From Gnetum montanum (taxonomy: Eukaryota > Plantae > Gnetophyta): a stretch of 63,989 nt of DNA. The translations under genes and the position numbers were made by a program. The DNA lies in NCBI GenBank assembly GCA_015680685.1, contig MNCI01001492.1, positions 451,233 through 515,221 of the forward strand. The letters are read 5' to 3'. The notes beneath the pieces were generated by a model. It ran no database searches, was not told the DNA's origin, and worked only from the letters and a program-made list of their open reading frames with translations. Below are positions 1 to 13,410 of this stretch, piece by piece. Each line of letters opens with the position of its first letter. The stretch's first letter is position 1.

Positions 1-2510
1 GTGAACAATGTTTTGGAAATGTTACACATGGGGATCGAGATGGAGAAAATCGTAGCACACCAAACAGTAAAAAGCATAACAAAGTATATAACTGAGCGAT
101 AAACATGAACTGATACACAATGATGTAGAATATAGTAAAATGAAATGAAATGAGCTTAAGTGAGAGAATGCACTATCCCAAAATTGGGGCATTTCTCTTT
201 TGATTGAGTGAGGAGAGTGCAACTAGGATGCAGTACTAGACAAGCATAGTTAACAACAGAATGATATGGTCACAAATCTTGGACTATTGCCAATGGGGTG
301 CCAATAGGGACCATTGAGCTGATGCTTGCTGGGCTAAGAACTGCTACGTTGGGTTGGAGAGAGATCTGGGAAGTGGTGCTGCTAGGATTTGCTGCTCTTT
401 CACTTTTAGTTTGCCAATCTCTTTCTCAAAGCTTATTGCCAGAAGCCAATTGCTAAAGACAAGTGCAAAAAAGCCAACCTCTCTTTTTCCAAGCCAACCC
501 CTAGAACGTTGTCTGCTAGGGTATTTATAGGGCCAAGAGTAAGAGAGAGATGTGGTTTGGACATCACGTTTCTTGGGTTCCACATGGCACGAATCGTGAA
601 TGTGCTATACTTACATGTAGTGCTACGCTGTAGTGTTACACTAATGTGCTACACTACAGTGTTGGAAGTGAAACCTACCGAGCTATGACCATACCGTTCA
701 AACTGCATGTGCTAGAGTCCAGGGAACTACCATGTTTTTACAAAAAAGGCCAACAAAAAATGCAAAGTGGAGCCTATGCTCTAGGACTACGTCTTTCCTC
801 CTCTTGCAAGTAGGGTCAAGCGTAGGGACAACTTTAGGGATCAACAACGGGGATGCTAAATAGGGTAAACTATTGATCTTGTCTATCAAGGAGATGTTGA
901 AGCAAAAGTGGACACTACTAATGGATTCTGGAGTTGCTGGAGACATCCTGAGGCTTCCACGTGAGTGTTACGCTATCTATGCTGCCCAGCGTATTGGTGT
1001 AGCATGGATACTTTGCTTACTATGTTGTGCTACACTAGGTAGCGTAGCGCAGCGTAGCACTCCTTTTTTGCATGAATTTTATCTAGATAACTGAAAATAT
1101 CATTTTGACACCTGATCAGGCAAGCAACTTTAGCAATTGGCAACCCTGCTTTTCATTTTGAAAGGCCCTAGGACCTATTGATTTCATCATAGGGACACTT
1201 TTGGGCTTTATGTCCTTACTAGGCTATGTAATGTTGTGTAGTGTAGCACAACGTAGTAGTCAATTTGGCATGAATTTGAGCCAAAGCCTACAATGCTTTA
1301 CCATGAGACTTTGATTAAGACCAAAAGGTGAAGTGGGACAGGCAGTCTTGGAGGTCGAAGCATGGCCACGTGCAAGTCTTTTGCCAGAACAACTTGACGG
1401 AGGACCTTCGTGCATTCTGACCCTGCTACGCGGTGCTATACTATGTAGCGTAGCATAGCACAACATCTAGTTTGGCTTGAATTTGAACTTATTCTGCAAG
1501 GGCTCTATCATGGGATCTCGGTCATACGCTAAAGTGGTAGTAGGAAAAACATTTTTGATGGTTGAAGCATGGGCAATTTTGTTTTCGATGTCAAGGCAAT
1601 TTGAGAGAGGATTGTCATGTCCTGCTATGCTGTGCTATGTTGTGTAGCGTAGCACCCAAAATGGGACAAGTGTTGCTAGGTTGTGCTATGTTGCATAGCG
1701 TAGCAAAGTGTAGTAGTCAATTTGGCATGAATTTGAGCTAGAGCCTACAATGCTTTGCCAGGAGACTTTGATTGAGACTTGAGGGTGAAGTGGGACAGGT
1801 AGTCGTGGAGGTTGAAGCATGGCCACGTGCAAGTCTTTTGCTAGAACAACTTGACAGGGGACCTTCGTGCATTTTGACCCTACTACGCTATGCTACACTG
1901 TGTAGCGTAGAATAGCGCAACATCCAGTTTGGCTTGAATTTGAACTTATTCTGCAAGGGCTCTATCATGGGATCTCGTTCATACGCTAAAGTGGTAGTAG
2001 GAGAAACATTTTTGATGGTTGAAGCATGGGCAATTTTGTTTTCCGTGTCAAGGCAATTTGAGAGAGGATTGTCATGTCCTGCTACATTGTGCTATGCTGT
2101 GTAGTGTAGCATAGCGTAGCACCCAAAATGGGACAAGTGTTGCAACATTTACCATGTTTTTTTTCGTGTTATGTTGATCACACCTCAAGGATGGAGCGGT
2201 GCAAATACCTTTGAGGATTGAATATTTGCCAACTGCATCTTTTGTGTCTAATCAGTCACCACAAGGCCTGCTACACTGTGCAGCGTAGTGTAGCATAGTA
2301 GGTTCCATCGTTAGAAAACTTGCCAAACTCTTTAGTCCATCCTAAACACCTTCATCAGCTCACAGCATGGCTCTGGGTAGACCATCAATTGGGTCATGTG
2401 TCAAGCTGGGCAAGCTAGAGAGTGTGGCAAGCTTGCCAGCTTGGAAGATAGAAAATTTGCCGAACTACACGATCAACCTTCAATAATCCATTTGTGCAAA
2501 CTAGCTCTAC
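1..2510 (-). mobile_element. Truncated LTR of the element-A (Tat/Ogre-like) family; begins before the window and lacks about 150 bp of the LTR 5' end
   Basis: Colinear with 17846-19880 and 55762-57820; similarity stops after TGTGCAAACTAGCTCT near 2508. Confidence 0.92.
1219..2133. repeat. About 457-bp tandem duplication inside the LTR
   Basis: CAATTTGGCATGAATTTGAGC at 1261 and 1718; single copy in the other family LTRs. Confidence 0.9.
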
Positions 2511-2519
2511 GACTATGCG

Positions 2520-5190
2520 ATCTACTGTGCATAAGCATCTAGAAGCACTATCACCTTGATAATATCATCCCTTGAGAAGGCTCTTCGAAGAGACATATTG
2601 CTTAAGCTGGTCCCTTTAATGACTAGAATGTGGAAGTAGGTTCCAAATACATGCCATCTTCGATGCCTACATTATGCCTACATTATCGTAAGCTCTTACC
2701 TCCTCCCACCACTTAGAAGATGCCTAACTCACCTTTATAACATTCTCCTTCAACACTTCCTAGGCCCCTTCCCATAATTCGACCTTGAATGCCCTATTTG
2801 CACATCTATAGGATGTTGCTTGTGCTTTCATAACTAGTCTACGTCATCCACCTCACAAACATGCATCACGTAACCACAATGATGATCAAAATCCATACCT
2901 GCCTACTCCATCTATCCTGTAAATATCAACTCCATCTATCCTGTAAATATCAATAAATTTTCAGTTTCATCAATTTCAAGGTACGCAATCATTATTATTG
3001 ATGATCATGCCATTCTCCTTCCCTCTCAAAATCCATATTCACCGACTTCACCAACCCCATCTATCCTTAAATATCAACAATCCATATTCACTCACCCCAT
3101 CTATCCTGTAAATATCAATAAATTCTCAGCTTCACTCTGATCAATCAATTTCAGGGTACGCTTAACAAGATTTCTTGTTTGCCAAGCCACCGTGAAATTC
3201 GGACACCAAGCCAGTCAAAACTTCCCCGACACAAATTCTATCCCCCAATTAGGATGCTCTTCTGCAATCTACAAATGCCAACATTTTCGGTAGACAAGAA
3301 ATCAGGGGTGTGCTGTGAGTAGCTGCGGTAGATCCACTGTCATAATGTGCTGGCCATGGGTGGGCAAAGTAATTGCATCTTGGCGAAGGAAAAGCAGAGT
3401 GAAGAATTGAAGCAGACGCAGACTGGTTGTCCAGGTGAGGGTGGGTTCCATCCTTCTATCTTCAAAGACACTGCCTCTGGTGGATCAGTCTGTCTGTTTT
3501 CTCCACACAAACAACTGGGGCTCATTCTGAGATCATTTCTCAAACATGGTTGGTTTTAGGATTTTGGATGCTCTGTAAGATTTTTAATCAAATCTGGGTT
3601 ATTCATCATGGGTTCCTCTAGCTGTCATATTCTGTTATAGTTTTTGACGATTCTGCTGTTGTTTTTGATCCGAGTTAGGCACGTATATTCAATATTCATG
3701 AAGATATTGAACTTCCTGTGGATCTGTCTGGCTTTGCCCTTATGAAATGCAATTTTTTCCAGAGAATGTACTGGTGCAGCCACGTTTAGCTTTTGCTTCG
3801 CAGAGTTGTTCAGAGATCAGACTTTTCTATTTTCAATTCACTATTAACAGAACGTTTTGTTTTTTTCCCTGTTGTCTTTGCAATTACGGGGATATTTATC
3901 GGCAAGGGTTTTAAGATTCCCTGCTTTGGTCTCTGTATAGGCATACGTTTGGATTCCTGAATTTGTTGTTTTTTTTTTTAAATTCCTATTACGTGTTCAC
4001 TGTAATCCGAACGGTGCTCTAAATGAACTTTTGTGCTAAATCTACAGCTAAATAACCACTGAATGACTATGTATCCCTCATAACTCGCAATCTGCAAGCC
4101 CACAGACCACAGTATTTCTTTCAGAACCAAAAACGCAGAGAATGTTTCACTAGTTTCAGGAGGCATACCCTTCCAAATATAAAATGGCTCTGCAAGTTCA
4201 AAATTAACAATGTTCAGTATCTGGGGTTTTGTACACATGATATTTACAGGGGAAGGAACCAGGGCCAACTATCCATGAAATGTGAAACACTGTATGTCAC
4301 AAATTAGGGCAACAAGAAAACAGCGCAGCCCAAATATCGGTCAAAGTCTAAGATCTAATTCATGAGAAGAAATCGGCAATTTTCAGTCAAAGTCTAAAGC
4401 GTATGTCGGTAAAATAAGTTTGAACAAAGATAGTGGACTGTATAACACTTTTTGAATCAAAAGACATGTATGACCTTGACCTCTGGAACCCAGAACCCCT
4501 TCAAGACTCCATTAGTCATACTGTCAAATTTTAGAGACCAAAAAACAATATAGCCGAATCGTTTAGACTTTGAAGAGATTAAATTAATCAAACTCAGTTG
4601 CAAGGAAAATGAGGTATTTTGTTTAAATAAGCAAATTGAAAGCAGGAACTCAAAACTAATGACTTAATCATGTGCGCTTCCTCCTCCGAAGAAATAGTCG
4701 TGTCAGAGGATCCCACTTAAATCATTTCAGCATTCACACAGGAGTCAAAGCTGTTTCCGGGCCGTCATTATTTTCTGTATTATTTTCAAAATAGGAAAAC
4801 TACGTAAACAACACGCAACAGCGGGCCTTACATACTTTGGCGTCTGCTTTTATCCGCTACCACCAAAAGCCATTTTGCGTAACGTTAACGGATAAGTGCC
4901 CTTCTAGGAAATGAATGATGAGGATGAGTTAGTAAGAATTTTGATTTGAAAGTTGTAAGTTATAGGTTCAATTTTGGTAGATAGTATGTTTATTGTATTT
5001 TTTATCCAGTGTGTTTGTCTTTAATTAATTAAGGTATAGCTAGGTAGATTAAGCGGCTCTTTTTTAACAAGGCTATTTCATTGTTGCCATACCCAGAAAC
5101 ACAAACACGAATCGAATCCATTATTTCCCAAACAAGAGATGAGTGTTCTAATCACTTGCCCTACACCCTTTGGTGTATGGCTTAAGCTCA
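2520..5190. other. Non-repetitive, CpG-retaining interval, possibly host promoter/UTR/intron sequence
   Basis: No similarity to TEs in this window; CpGs not depleted; T-rich intron-like tracts 3560-3980; no recognisable protein. Confidence 0.35.
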
Positions 5191-5192
5191 TN

Positions 5193-5275
5193 TTTACTCT
5201 AATAATTAAAGTGGTTATTATTGGAACGATTACTTTAATTATTAGAGCGGTTATTATTGGAGTGGTTACTCTAAT
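5193..5275 (+). repeat. 83-bp fragment of the element-B LTR tandem repeat between two single Ns (probable assembly artefact)
   Basis: TTACTCTAATAATTA.AGTGGTTATTATTGGA units as at 6250-6500; n at 5192 and 5276. Confidence 0.75.
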
Positions 5276-5769
5276 NGTATTTGTACACTATATGTCTTAG
5301 GGTGTACACTAAGTCAAATTGGGATTTTATTGTTTTCTATTATTATTATTTTATCTTATTAACATTGATAAATCAATTAAGGCAAGTGGAGCAATTTAAC
5401 ATGATTTTTACTTTTGTCTCACCATCTTGCCTCCCTCATCCTTAGGATATCATGTAGGTCTTGAATTATACCTCATTGAGCTTCTTTAGATACTATGTTA
5501 TGAATTATAAATGTTAAGACAAAGGTTGATACTATAAAAAATGGAGCCCACAAAACATTGATTGATCCATTAAGTTAAGTGAAGAAGTTTAACATGATTT
5601 TTCCTTTTGTTTGACTATCTTGCATTCCTCACCTTTAGGATGATTTTTAAAAAAAATTTATTTGTTCTTTTGGGATCTGACAACAAACATTAGTGTTGCC
5701 TAGTAAAATTAGACCTATGATCTAGGATTCCTAGGCTAAGACCCTTACCACTAGGCTAATATCTCAAGA

Positions 5770-6245
5770 ACGGAAAGTACTAGCTATGATATCCTAAATC
5801 CTTAAGAATTACTTTAGAGAGTTTGTCTTGCTTTGAAATATGCAAGCTATGAGTGGCACAAGATTTCTACTTCTAAAGGCAATAAATCACATTCACATAA
5901 TAACATTAAGTAAGGTGTTTCATGTTCACCTTAAACTCATTGAGAAAAGGTTCTTTTTTGCTTTTTAAATATCTTTCCAAAGTTTAGCATTGAGTTCAAG
6001 TTCCCAAATAACACATCCATATATTATTAATTTGAAAACTTTATTTTTTGATCTTCTAAGCCCAAAGTCTTAAATCCTTGCACTTATTTTTGAAAGTATA
6101 TAGAGCCTTGAAACCTACTATTCTTTCTTTAATGCACTTTCTCTGCATATAATTGTTCATATAAATATTACCTAAATATTTTAAAAAATATACTATTTGC
6201 ACCTTAATACTTGTAAAATAGAAGTTATAACAAGTATTTTATGTA
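5770..6245 (-). pseudogene. LINE reverse transcriptase remnant, C-terminal part
   Basis: Reverse strand reads YFLKYLG near 6170-6190, the motif expected just after the segment ending at 58294. Confidence 0.7.
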
Positions 6246-7272
6246 TGATGAAGCAGTTACTCTAATTATTAGAGCAATTATTATTGGAGCAGTTACTCTA
6301 ATAATTAGAGCAGTTATTATTGGAGTGATTACTCTGATTATTAGAGCGTTTACTCTAATAATTAAAGTGATTATTATTGGAGCGGTTACTTTAATTATTA
6401 GAGTGGTTATTATTGGAGTGGTTACTCTAATAATTAGAGTGGTTATTATTAGAGCAGTTATTCTAATTATTAGAGCGGTTACTCTAATTATTAGAGTAGT
6501 TGCTCCCAAATCTATAAATACAGTGCCTAGGCACACAATTGGAAAGAAGTCTTGTAGCAGTCAAATAACGAAACTCTTATAGTCTATTTGGAAGTTAGAG
6601 TAGTTTTCAAGTGCATGCAGCAGGAGGTTGAAGTGTAGATGGATCTTTATTCGAGGATTGTGTACCTGAGCACACCTTGTGTATGGTAATAAAGACGAGC
6701 TCTTTGATTCATCCTTGCAACACTTGAGATTTTTTTCTTACACATTTCTTTTATTTTATTTTCTTATGCATTTATTTTATTTTATGCACTTTACATTTCT
6801 GTTATTAGCGTAGCAATTCATTTTGATCAATTAAGCAAATATTAAAATACACTCAGTACAATTACTTCGAGCATGCGTGTAACACTTGGTAACCCAGTAA
6901 TCACTAGTGTTTGGTAATCCCAGTAGTGTTGTACTGGTTCAGGATGTGTATGGCATGTGAGAACGGATACTGGTGTTAGGATTAGTTAAAACCTAGTTAA
7001 TCAGTAGTTAAGTTAAATTAGTCACTTAGTTATCTCTCTCTTTCCCTACTAGCGTAGGACATAAAAACATAAAAGCTATAAAAATCATATGCCTCAAGCT
7101 TACTTAACCATACAATTGTGACATATAGGTAAGCCTGGGAAGACAACGATCAACCAACTCGTCCTTGTTCCACAAGGGTGCATAAGCACTTAGTCCTTGG
7201 AATTTGACCAGATCGTGCATGAAATGCTTGTATTCGTATGGTTGAGCGTAGGGGGTACCTCGTTGCTCATCA
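6246..7272 (+). repeat. Element B 5' LTR
   Basis: TG...CA; matches 17001-17681 plus 57977-58288; TATA (CTATAAATA) near 6512. Confidence 0.95.
6250..6500. repeat. Quasi-palindromic tandem repeat in B LTR U3 (CTCTAAT-W-ATTAGAG core, 21/33-bp units)
   Basis: Directly visible; variant array at 17005-17230. Confidence 0.92.
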
Positions 7273-7273
7273 T

Positions 7274-7291
7274 TGGTGCCGTTGTTGAGGA
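7274..7291 (+). promoter_or_regulatory. Primer-binding site, tRNA-Asp type (decayed)
   Basis: TGGTGCCGTTGTTGAGGA versus Athila-type TGGCGCCGTTGCCGGGGA, 1 nt after the LTR. Confidence 0.85.
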
Positions 7292-7408
7292 ATTAGTTGT
7301 TTGTGTGCTAATTAGAACATAGGAAATCATTTAGATCGTTGGAACGAACCCTTAAGTTTGATTGAGAAAATAATAAACAAGAATACATTGCACACTGAAT
7401 AGACAAGT

Positions 7409-10257
7409 ATGTCTCCTTCTTCGTATGAAAGTGCCTCATCACTTAGGTTTGAAATAGGAAATAGTTGGTGGTGTAATACACATGCCGTTGATCCGCCAAT
7501 CCCTCAACAAGTTAGAGTGGTATATATTCATCCTAATGAGTATATACCAGACTTCACCTTTATCCTTCATCAAGATAAACAACTACATTGGCGAGACTTA
7601 GAAGGTAACATAGTGTTGCCTCTTAATCGTTTAGTCTCAAGCATGCTTCTTCGTGCTCTCACATGAATTGGCATGCCGCACTTACACGCATAATACATTA
7701 TGCAAGATCATAACTCGAGAGAATACCATCCCACGGAGGCACAACATCAAAGAGACTTGCAACAGGAGAGACATCATAAGTCTTTGAAGGGTAAGTGGTC
7801 GCAGGATGTCCCACATGTCTTAAGCGAAAATGAGGATGTGAACCTACCTTAAGCAGTCGGCCACACAATGATGTTCCTCTCCTTGACTTTGGCTAAGGGG
7901 TTGTGTATCATAACCTTCATTCCACTATTCATAACCTAGGTTTTGATACCCATCGGCACAAAGGATCCAAAAAAAGGACACGAACTCATGATAAAGGTGC
8001 ACATTCTAATTGCAATCACAATTAGAGCCGAGACCATAGAAGAGAAGGTAGCAGATACCATCATGATGATGGTTCTCCTTCTTCTTCACCTTCATCATCT
8101 CCTTCACCCTCTCCTTCAATATCTGGATGCAGTCATAAAGAAAGAGACCATGGGAATAAAGGTGGGAAAAGTAGAACTCATAGACGAAACAACCATGAAA
8201 GGGGATGGGGGCACTCTAGAGAGTCACGACATAGAAGAAGGGAGAGTAGGGAACAACATAGGCATCATAGATGCCATGGATGAGACATCACAATGAACCC
8301 CTCCTCACTACTTGAAGTATGTTGGACATAACTGAGGCTATTAGAATTCCAACAAGGCACCAAAAGATAATAGGATCAAGAGATTAGATATGAACAATAT
8401 TCCACGATTTGAAGGGGGATATATCGTTGATCCTCAGAATCACTTACAAGCATTCCAAGATGTGTGTGCCTTGCAAAACATAGAGAACAAATGGCAAAAA
8501 CTTAAGTTATTCCCATGGACATTAGTTAAAGAAGTAGAAATCTGGTATTGGTCTTTAGAATCGAAATCCATTCATAGGTGGAGTACTATGTTAGAACTAT
8601 TTAATGACAAGTACCAAATGTACTCCTGAGTGTCTAACTTACGAAAGCAAATCCAAGGTTGGAAACAAGGAGGACATGAACCCTTGGATGCTGCCATGGG
8701 TCAATACTATGCACTGTTACATTGTTTTCCTGGCCATGGTTATTCGCAAAGGGATCAACTATATCATCTCGTGGATGGGCTTAGGTATAAAATGAGAATA
8801 ACCCTCAGGAATTATGCCTAAGGAAGACTATCTGAGCTTAGGCCCCATCAAATTCAAAGACTATTAGAGCAAGTTGCTAAGGAAGAAGATGAACTACAAA
8901 AGAGAGAAAGTGCGGAAGAGTATAATCGAGATCCTTCCCTTCGGAAGAGAGTAGTTACATTTTGTAAGGATGAAGAAGAGTCACCACTCAAAGAGATGAT
9001 GAATAGGAAAACTTTGCCTATCCAAAAGTTGACATTAGAAGTATCGACAAAGGTAGACCAAATGTGGGATTCCCTAGACAATAGATTTCAATCTATTCTT
9101 AAAATAGTAGAGGAGCCTAGAGAGCAAGGTAGTGAGAAAAGAAAAAAGAAAGAGACTGAATATGCATGTAGCAATGGTAAGGGAAAAGTTGCCATCATTG
9201 AAGAGGTTGTGGATTTGGAAATAGACAATGATAGTGGATGTGAGATATGTCAATATGACCATCCTAAGGGATGATGCCCTGTAATCTCACATTTATAGGA
9301 GTCTGGGGTGTATGCATTCAACCCATGATTAAACAAAAGGCAAACACCCTGAAGGTTACCTTATCCTCAAGGTAACCCAAGGTAGTTCCACCAACCCTTA
9401 ATATATTATCCCAGTGGAAATCCACCATAACTGATTGAGCAATATCAATAGTGGCAATGCCCACAATCATGGGGAATGCCACCACCAAAGTAACAGTATC
9501 CTTATCGGCAACCTAACTCATATGGATATTACGTGTAATAGCCAATCTTTCCATATGACTCTACTAGTCACGTCACTCCTCAAGCTCACTACCAAGCCTG
9601 CAAGTATTATGGGACTCCCTCTTCTATGGGTGATATTCCGTAAGCATATCATCCTTCTCATCCGACCACATCTCTTCCACTAATGGCTCCATTACAACCT
9701 ACTCTAGCTATGCAAGGTGAAATCCCTACCCAATCACAGCAACGTAATGTCACAAGGGCTATTAACTCTCAACATACTGTTGGTTCCAACAACCACATGA
9801 AGAAAAAGACCTTTCTTTAGAACCAATAGTCCAACCAAGCCCTTGCAATCACAAGCAGTTGATTCCTTAGACACCTTAGTATCAATCAAAACTTCAGAGC
9901 CCCCTTCAACCCAATCATCGCACTCAACACATATGGTCATGCTAACACATGCCGTCATTGATTGGATCAAAGTTGGCCACCTTCCTAAGAAATTCTCTTA
10001 TCTTGAGAGTCCTCTGAGATACTTACAAATCATTGGAAATGCACCGTGCAAGGCTCTTTTGGATTCAAGTTTCGGTGTCAACTTGATTTCTCAAGAAATG
10101 TACAAGGCCTAGAACTTGCCTCCATTGAAAAAGAGCAACATCCATCTAGAGTTGGCTAACCAGTCCATCACTGTCCCATTGGAACTGGTGGAAGACATTG
10201 TTACCACTGTTTGTGGGTGGTCGTACCTAGCTAACTTCCTAGTGATTCAAGTAAACA
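7409..10257 (+). pseudogene. gag: Element B gag-protease, disrupted
   Basis: IPRFEG..DPQNHLQAF..KLKLFPWTL..WYWSL gag core; ALLDSSFGVNLIS protease; LELANQSI; many stops. Confidence 0.88.
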
Positions 10258-11244
10258 NNNNNNNNNNNNNNNNNNNNNNNNNNNNNNNNNNNNNNNNNNN
10301 NNNNNNNNNNNNNNNNNNNNNNNNNNNNNNNNNNNNNNNNNNNNNNNNNNNNNNNNNNNNNNNNNNNNNNNNNNNNNNNNNNNNNNNNNNNNNNNNNNNN
10401 NNNNNNNNNNNNNNNNNNNNNNNNNNNNNNNNNNNNNNNNNNNNNNNNNNNNNNNNNNNNNNNNNNNNNNNNNNNNNNNNNNNNNNNNNNNNNNNNNNNN
10501 NNNNNNNNNNNNNNNNNNNNNNNNNNNNNNNNNNNNNNNNNNNNNNNNNNNNNNNNNNNNNNNNNNNNNNNNNNNNNNNNNNNNNNNNNNNNNNNNNNNN
10601 NNNNNNNNNNNNNNNNNNNNNNNNNNNNNNNNNNNNNNNNNNNNNNNNNNNNNNNNNNNNNNNNNNNNNNNNNNNNNNNNNNNNNNNNNNNNNNNNNNNN
10701 NNNNNNNNNNNNNNNNNNNNNNNNNNNNNNNNNNNNNNNNNNNNNNNNNNNNNNNNNNNNNNNNNNNNNNNNNNNNNNNNNNNNNNNNNNNNNNNNNNNN
10801 NNNNNNNNNNNNNNNNNNNNNNNNNNNNNNNNNNNNNNNNNNNNNNNNNNNNNNNNNNNNNNNNNNNNNNNNNNNNNNNNNNNNNNNNNNNNNNNNNNNN
10901 NNNNNNNNNNNNNNNNNNNNNNNNNNNNNNNNNNNNNNNNNNNNNNNNNNNNNNNNNNNNNNNNNNNNNNNNNNNNNNNNNNNNNNNNNNNNNNNNNNNN
11001 NNNNNNNNNNNNNNNNNNNNNNNNNNNNNNNNNNNNNNNNNNNNNNNNNNNNNNNNNNNNNNNNNNNNNNNNNNNNNNNNNNNNNNNNNNNNNNNNNNNN
11101 NNNNNNNNNNNNNNNNNNNNNNNNNNNNNNNNNNNNNNNNNNNNNNNNNNNNNNNNNNNNNNNNNNNNNNNNNNNNNNNNNNNNNNNNNNNNNNNNNNNN
11201 NNNNNNNNNNNNNNNNNNNNNNNNNNNNNNNNNNNNNNNNNNNN
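10258..11244. other. Assembly gap (987 N) covering the first part of B reverse transcriptase
   Basis: Run of N. Confidence 1.
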
Positions 11245-13410
11245 AATAGATAGGAAATGGTGTAGAAGTCTTTATGGACGATTTCTCCACCTATGGAGCA
11301 ACCTTTGATAAATTCTTGGACTAGTTAGAGCAAGTGTTAAAAAGATGTGTAGAAACCAATTTGAGGCTCAACTAGCAGAAAAGCCATTTGAAGGTCCAAG
11401 AGGACATAGTACTAGGGCACAAAATCTCACACATAGGGATAGAGGTAGACCTTGAGAAAATCAAAGTTATCCAAGGAATTACCCGTCAATCGGAAACTGT
11501 CAGAGATATTCAATCATCCTTTGGACATACTCACTACTATAGGAGATTTATTGAGAACTTTTCAAAGGTTGCCAAATCATTGGTGGAATTAACAAAAAAG
11601 GACATACCTTTTGAGTGGACCAGGGAATGTGAATTAGCTTTCTAAACTCTGAAACAGAAGCTAGTAGAAACACCCATTCTACAAGCTCTTGACTAGTCCA
11701 AACCATTTCATATCATGACTGATGCATTCAACTATGCTTTAGGAGCCGTACTTACATAGTTAGATGACTAGAAGCATCCTTATTACATCCATTGTGCAAG
11801 TAGAAGTATCGCTGGTGCACAACTTAACTACACTACCACAAAGAAAGAATTAATGGTTGTAGTGTTTGCACTAGAAAAGTTTAGACACTATATATTGGGA
11901 TATAAAGTATATATACATATAGATCACAGTGGAATCTGGTTCCTCATGAATAAGCCAATGGTACACCCTTGTATCATATGCTAGCTTGTAATCTTACAAG
12001 AGTTCGATTTAATGATGATCAATCGCAAGGGCACCGAGAATGTAGTTGCTGATCATTTATCTTCGTTGTAATGGGACAACAAAGAGGATGAGTATCCAAT
12101 TTTTGATCATATCCCTGATGAATTCCTCTTTTTTGGTATAGTGAATAATCAATCACCCACGGAGACAAACTGGTACAGTAGCATTCTTACCTATCTCCTC
12201 ACCCAACAAACACCATAAGAGTTAAACCTTAAGAAGAAACAACAGTTTCTTTAGTGAGCCAAGTACTTTATGGAAATCAATGGGCAACTTTACAAAGTGC
12301 GTCTTGATGGCTTGGTTCGATGGTGTGTTCTCGATATAGATCAACTGCAAGTTCTCTAAGACGCTCATGAGGGTCCTTATGGGGGTTATTATGTTGGGAG
12401 ACAAATGGCCATCAAGATCTTTCTTACAGGATATTATTGGCCTACATTATTTCAAGATGCCCATTGTTTCGTCCAGTCTTGTAAGCGCTATCAACGTGAT
12501 GGAGGAATGACTACTAGAATGGAGGGTCTGCAACAATGGATTCAACTGTTAGAACCCTTCAACATTTGGGGAATTGATTTTATGGGGTAGATTACACCAA
12601 TGTCCAATGGAAAAGCTTATATTATTGTTTCCATTGATTACCTAACAAAATGGGCCAAAGTATCTATTGTTAAAGATTGTACATCATCTACAGATGCATT
12701 ATTTATTCAACAACAAATCATAAACAGGTTTGGTGTGCGACATGTACTTATTTTAGATAATGGTACACACTTCACAGGTGCAACTTTTCAGAAATTAATG
12801 CAACACTTAGGGGTTGAGCATAAATTGACTACACCATACCACCCCCAAGTGAACGGTTAAGTAGAAGTCACCAACAGGGAGATTACGAAGATATTGACAA
12901 GAACCATTAGCAAGTTTAGGTGAGACTGGAGCACTAAGCTGAACAATGCTCTTTGGGCATACTGCTCCACATGGAAACTCCCTATAGGCTGCTCTCCCTA
13001 TGAGTTAGTGTATGGTAAATTACCAATGCTTCCCATTCAAACTGAGCTCCATCCACTATCCATGGCATGTGACCTCAACCTTGACTTTGATCTAGCATAG
13101 AAACAATGGTTAGTAACTTTTAACTTGCTAGATGAAAATCAACTAGCTGCCCTGTCATCTAATGAATTGCACAAGGCATTCAATAAGCAACATCATGACC
13201 TAAGGATTAGGAAAGTTACAGATCAACTAAGAGATAAGGTTCTCTACTAGAATCCCACACATGTGCCACAACGTACTAAATTTCAAACACTGTGGGAAGG
13301 ACCCTATATTATTTATGCAACTTTTCCTTCAGGGGCCATGACAATATACAAACCTAAGAGCCCAGACAAGAAACTGTTGGTTAATGTGCAACAAACCAAA
13401 CCTTTCTAGG
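11245..13410 (+). pseudogene. pol: Element B pol (RT-RNase H-integrase), disrupted
   Basis: VEVFMDDF, YYRRFIENFSK, TDAFNYALGA, GYYWPTLFQD, WGIDFMG, DNGTHF, TPYHPQVNG. Confidence 0.95.

Noticed and set aside
698-1466. Short ORFs recurring in several places (e.g. 18526-18922, 19088-19339, 57706-57942)
   Set aside because: They recur only because the LTR is repeated; no coding signature
3347-3559. 70-aa ORF as a host gene
   Set aside because: No recognisable domain and no supportable downstream exons
5396-5640. About 55-bp direct repeat at 192-bp spacing
   Set aside because: Too decayed to assign to any element
6225-6582. Ile-rich ORFs on both strands (also 17024-17315)
   Set aside because: Translations of the LTR tandem repeat, not proteins
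10116-11290. 377-aa and 347-aa ORFs
   Set aside because: Artefacts of the N gap
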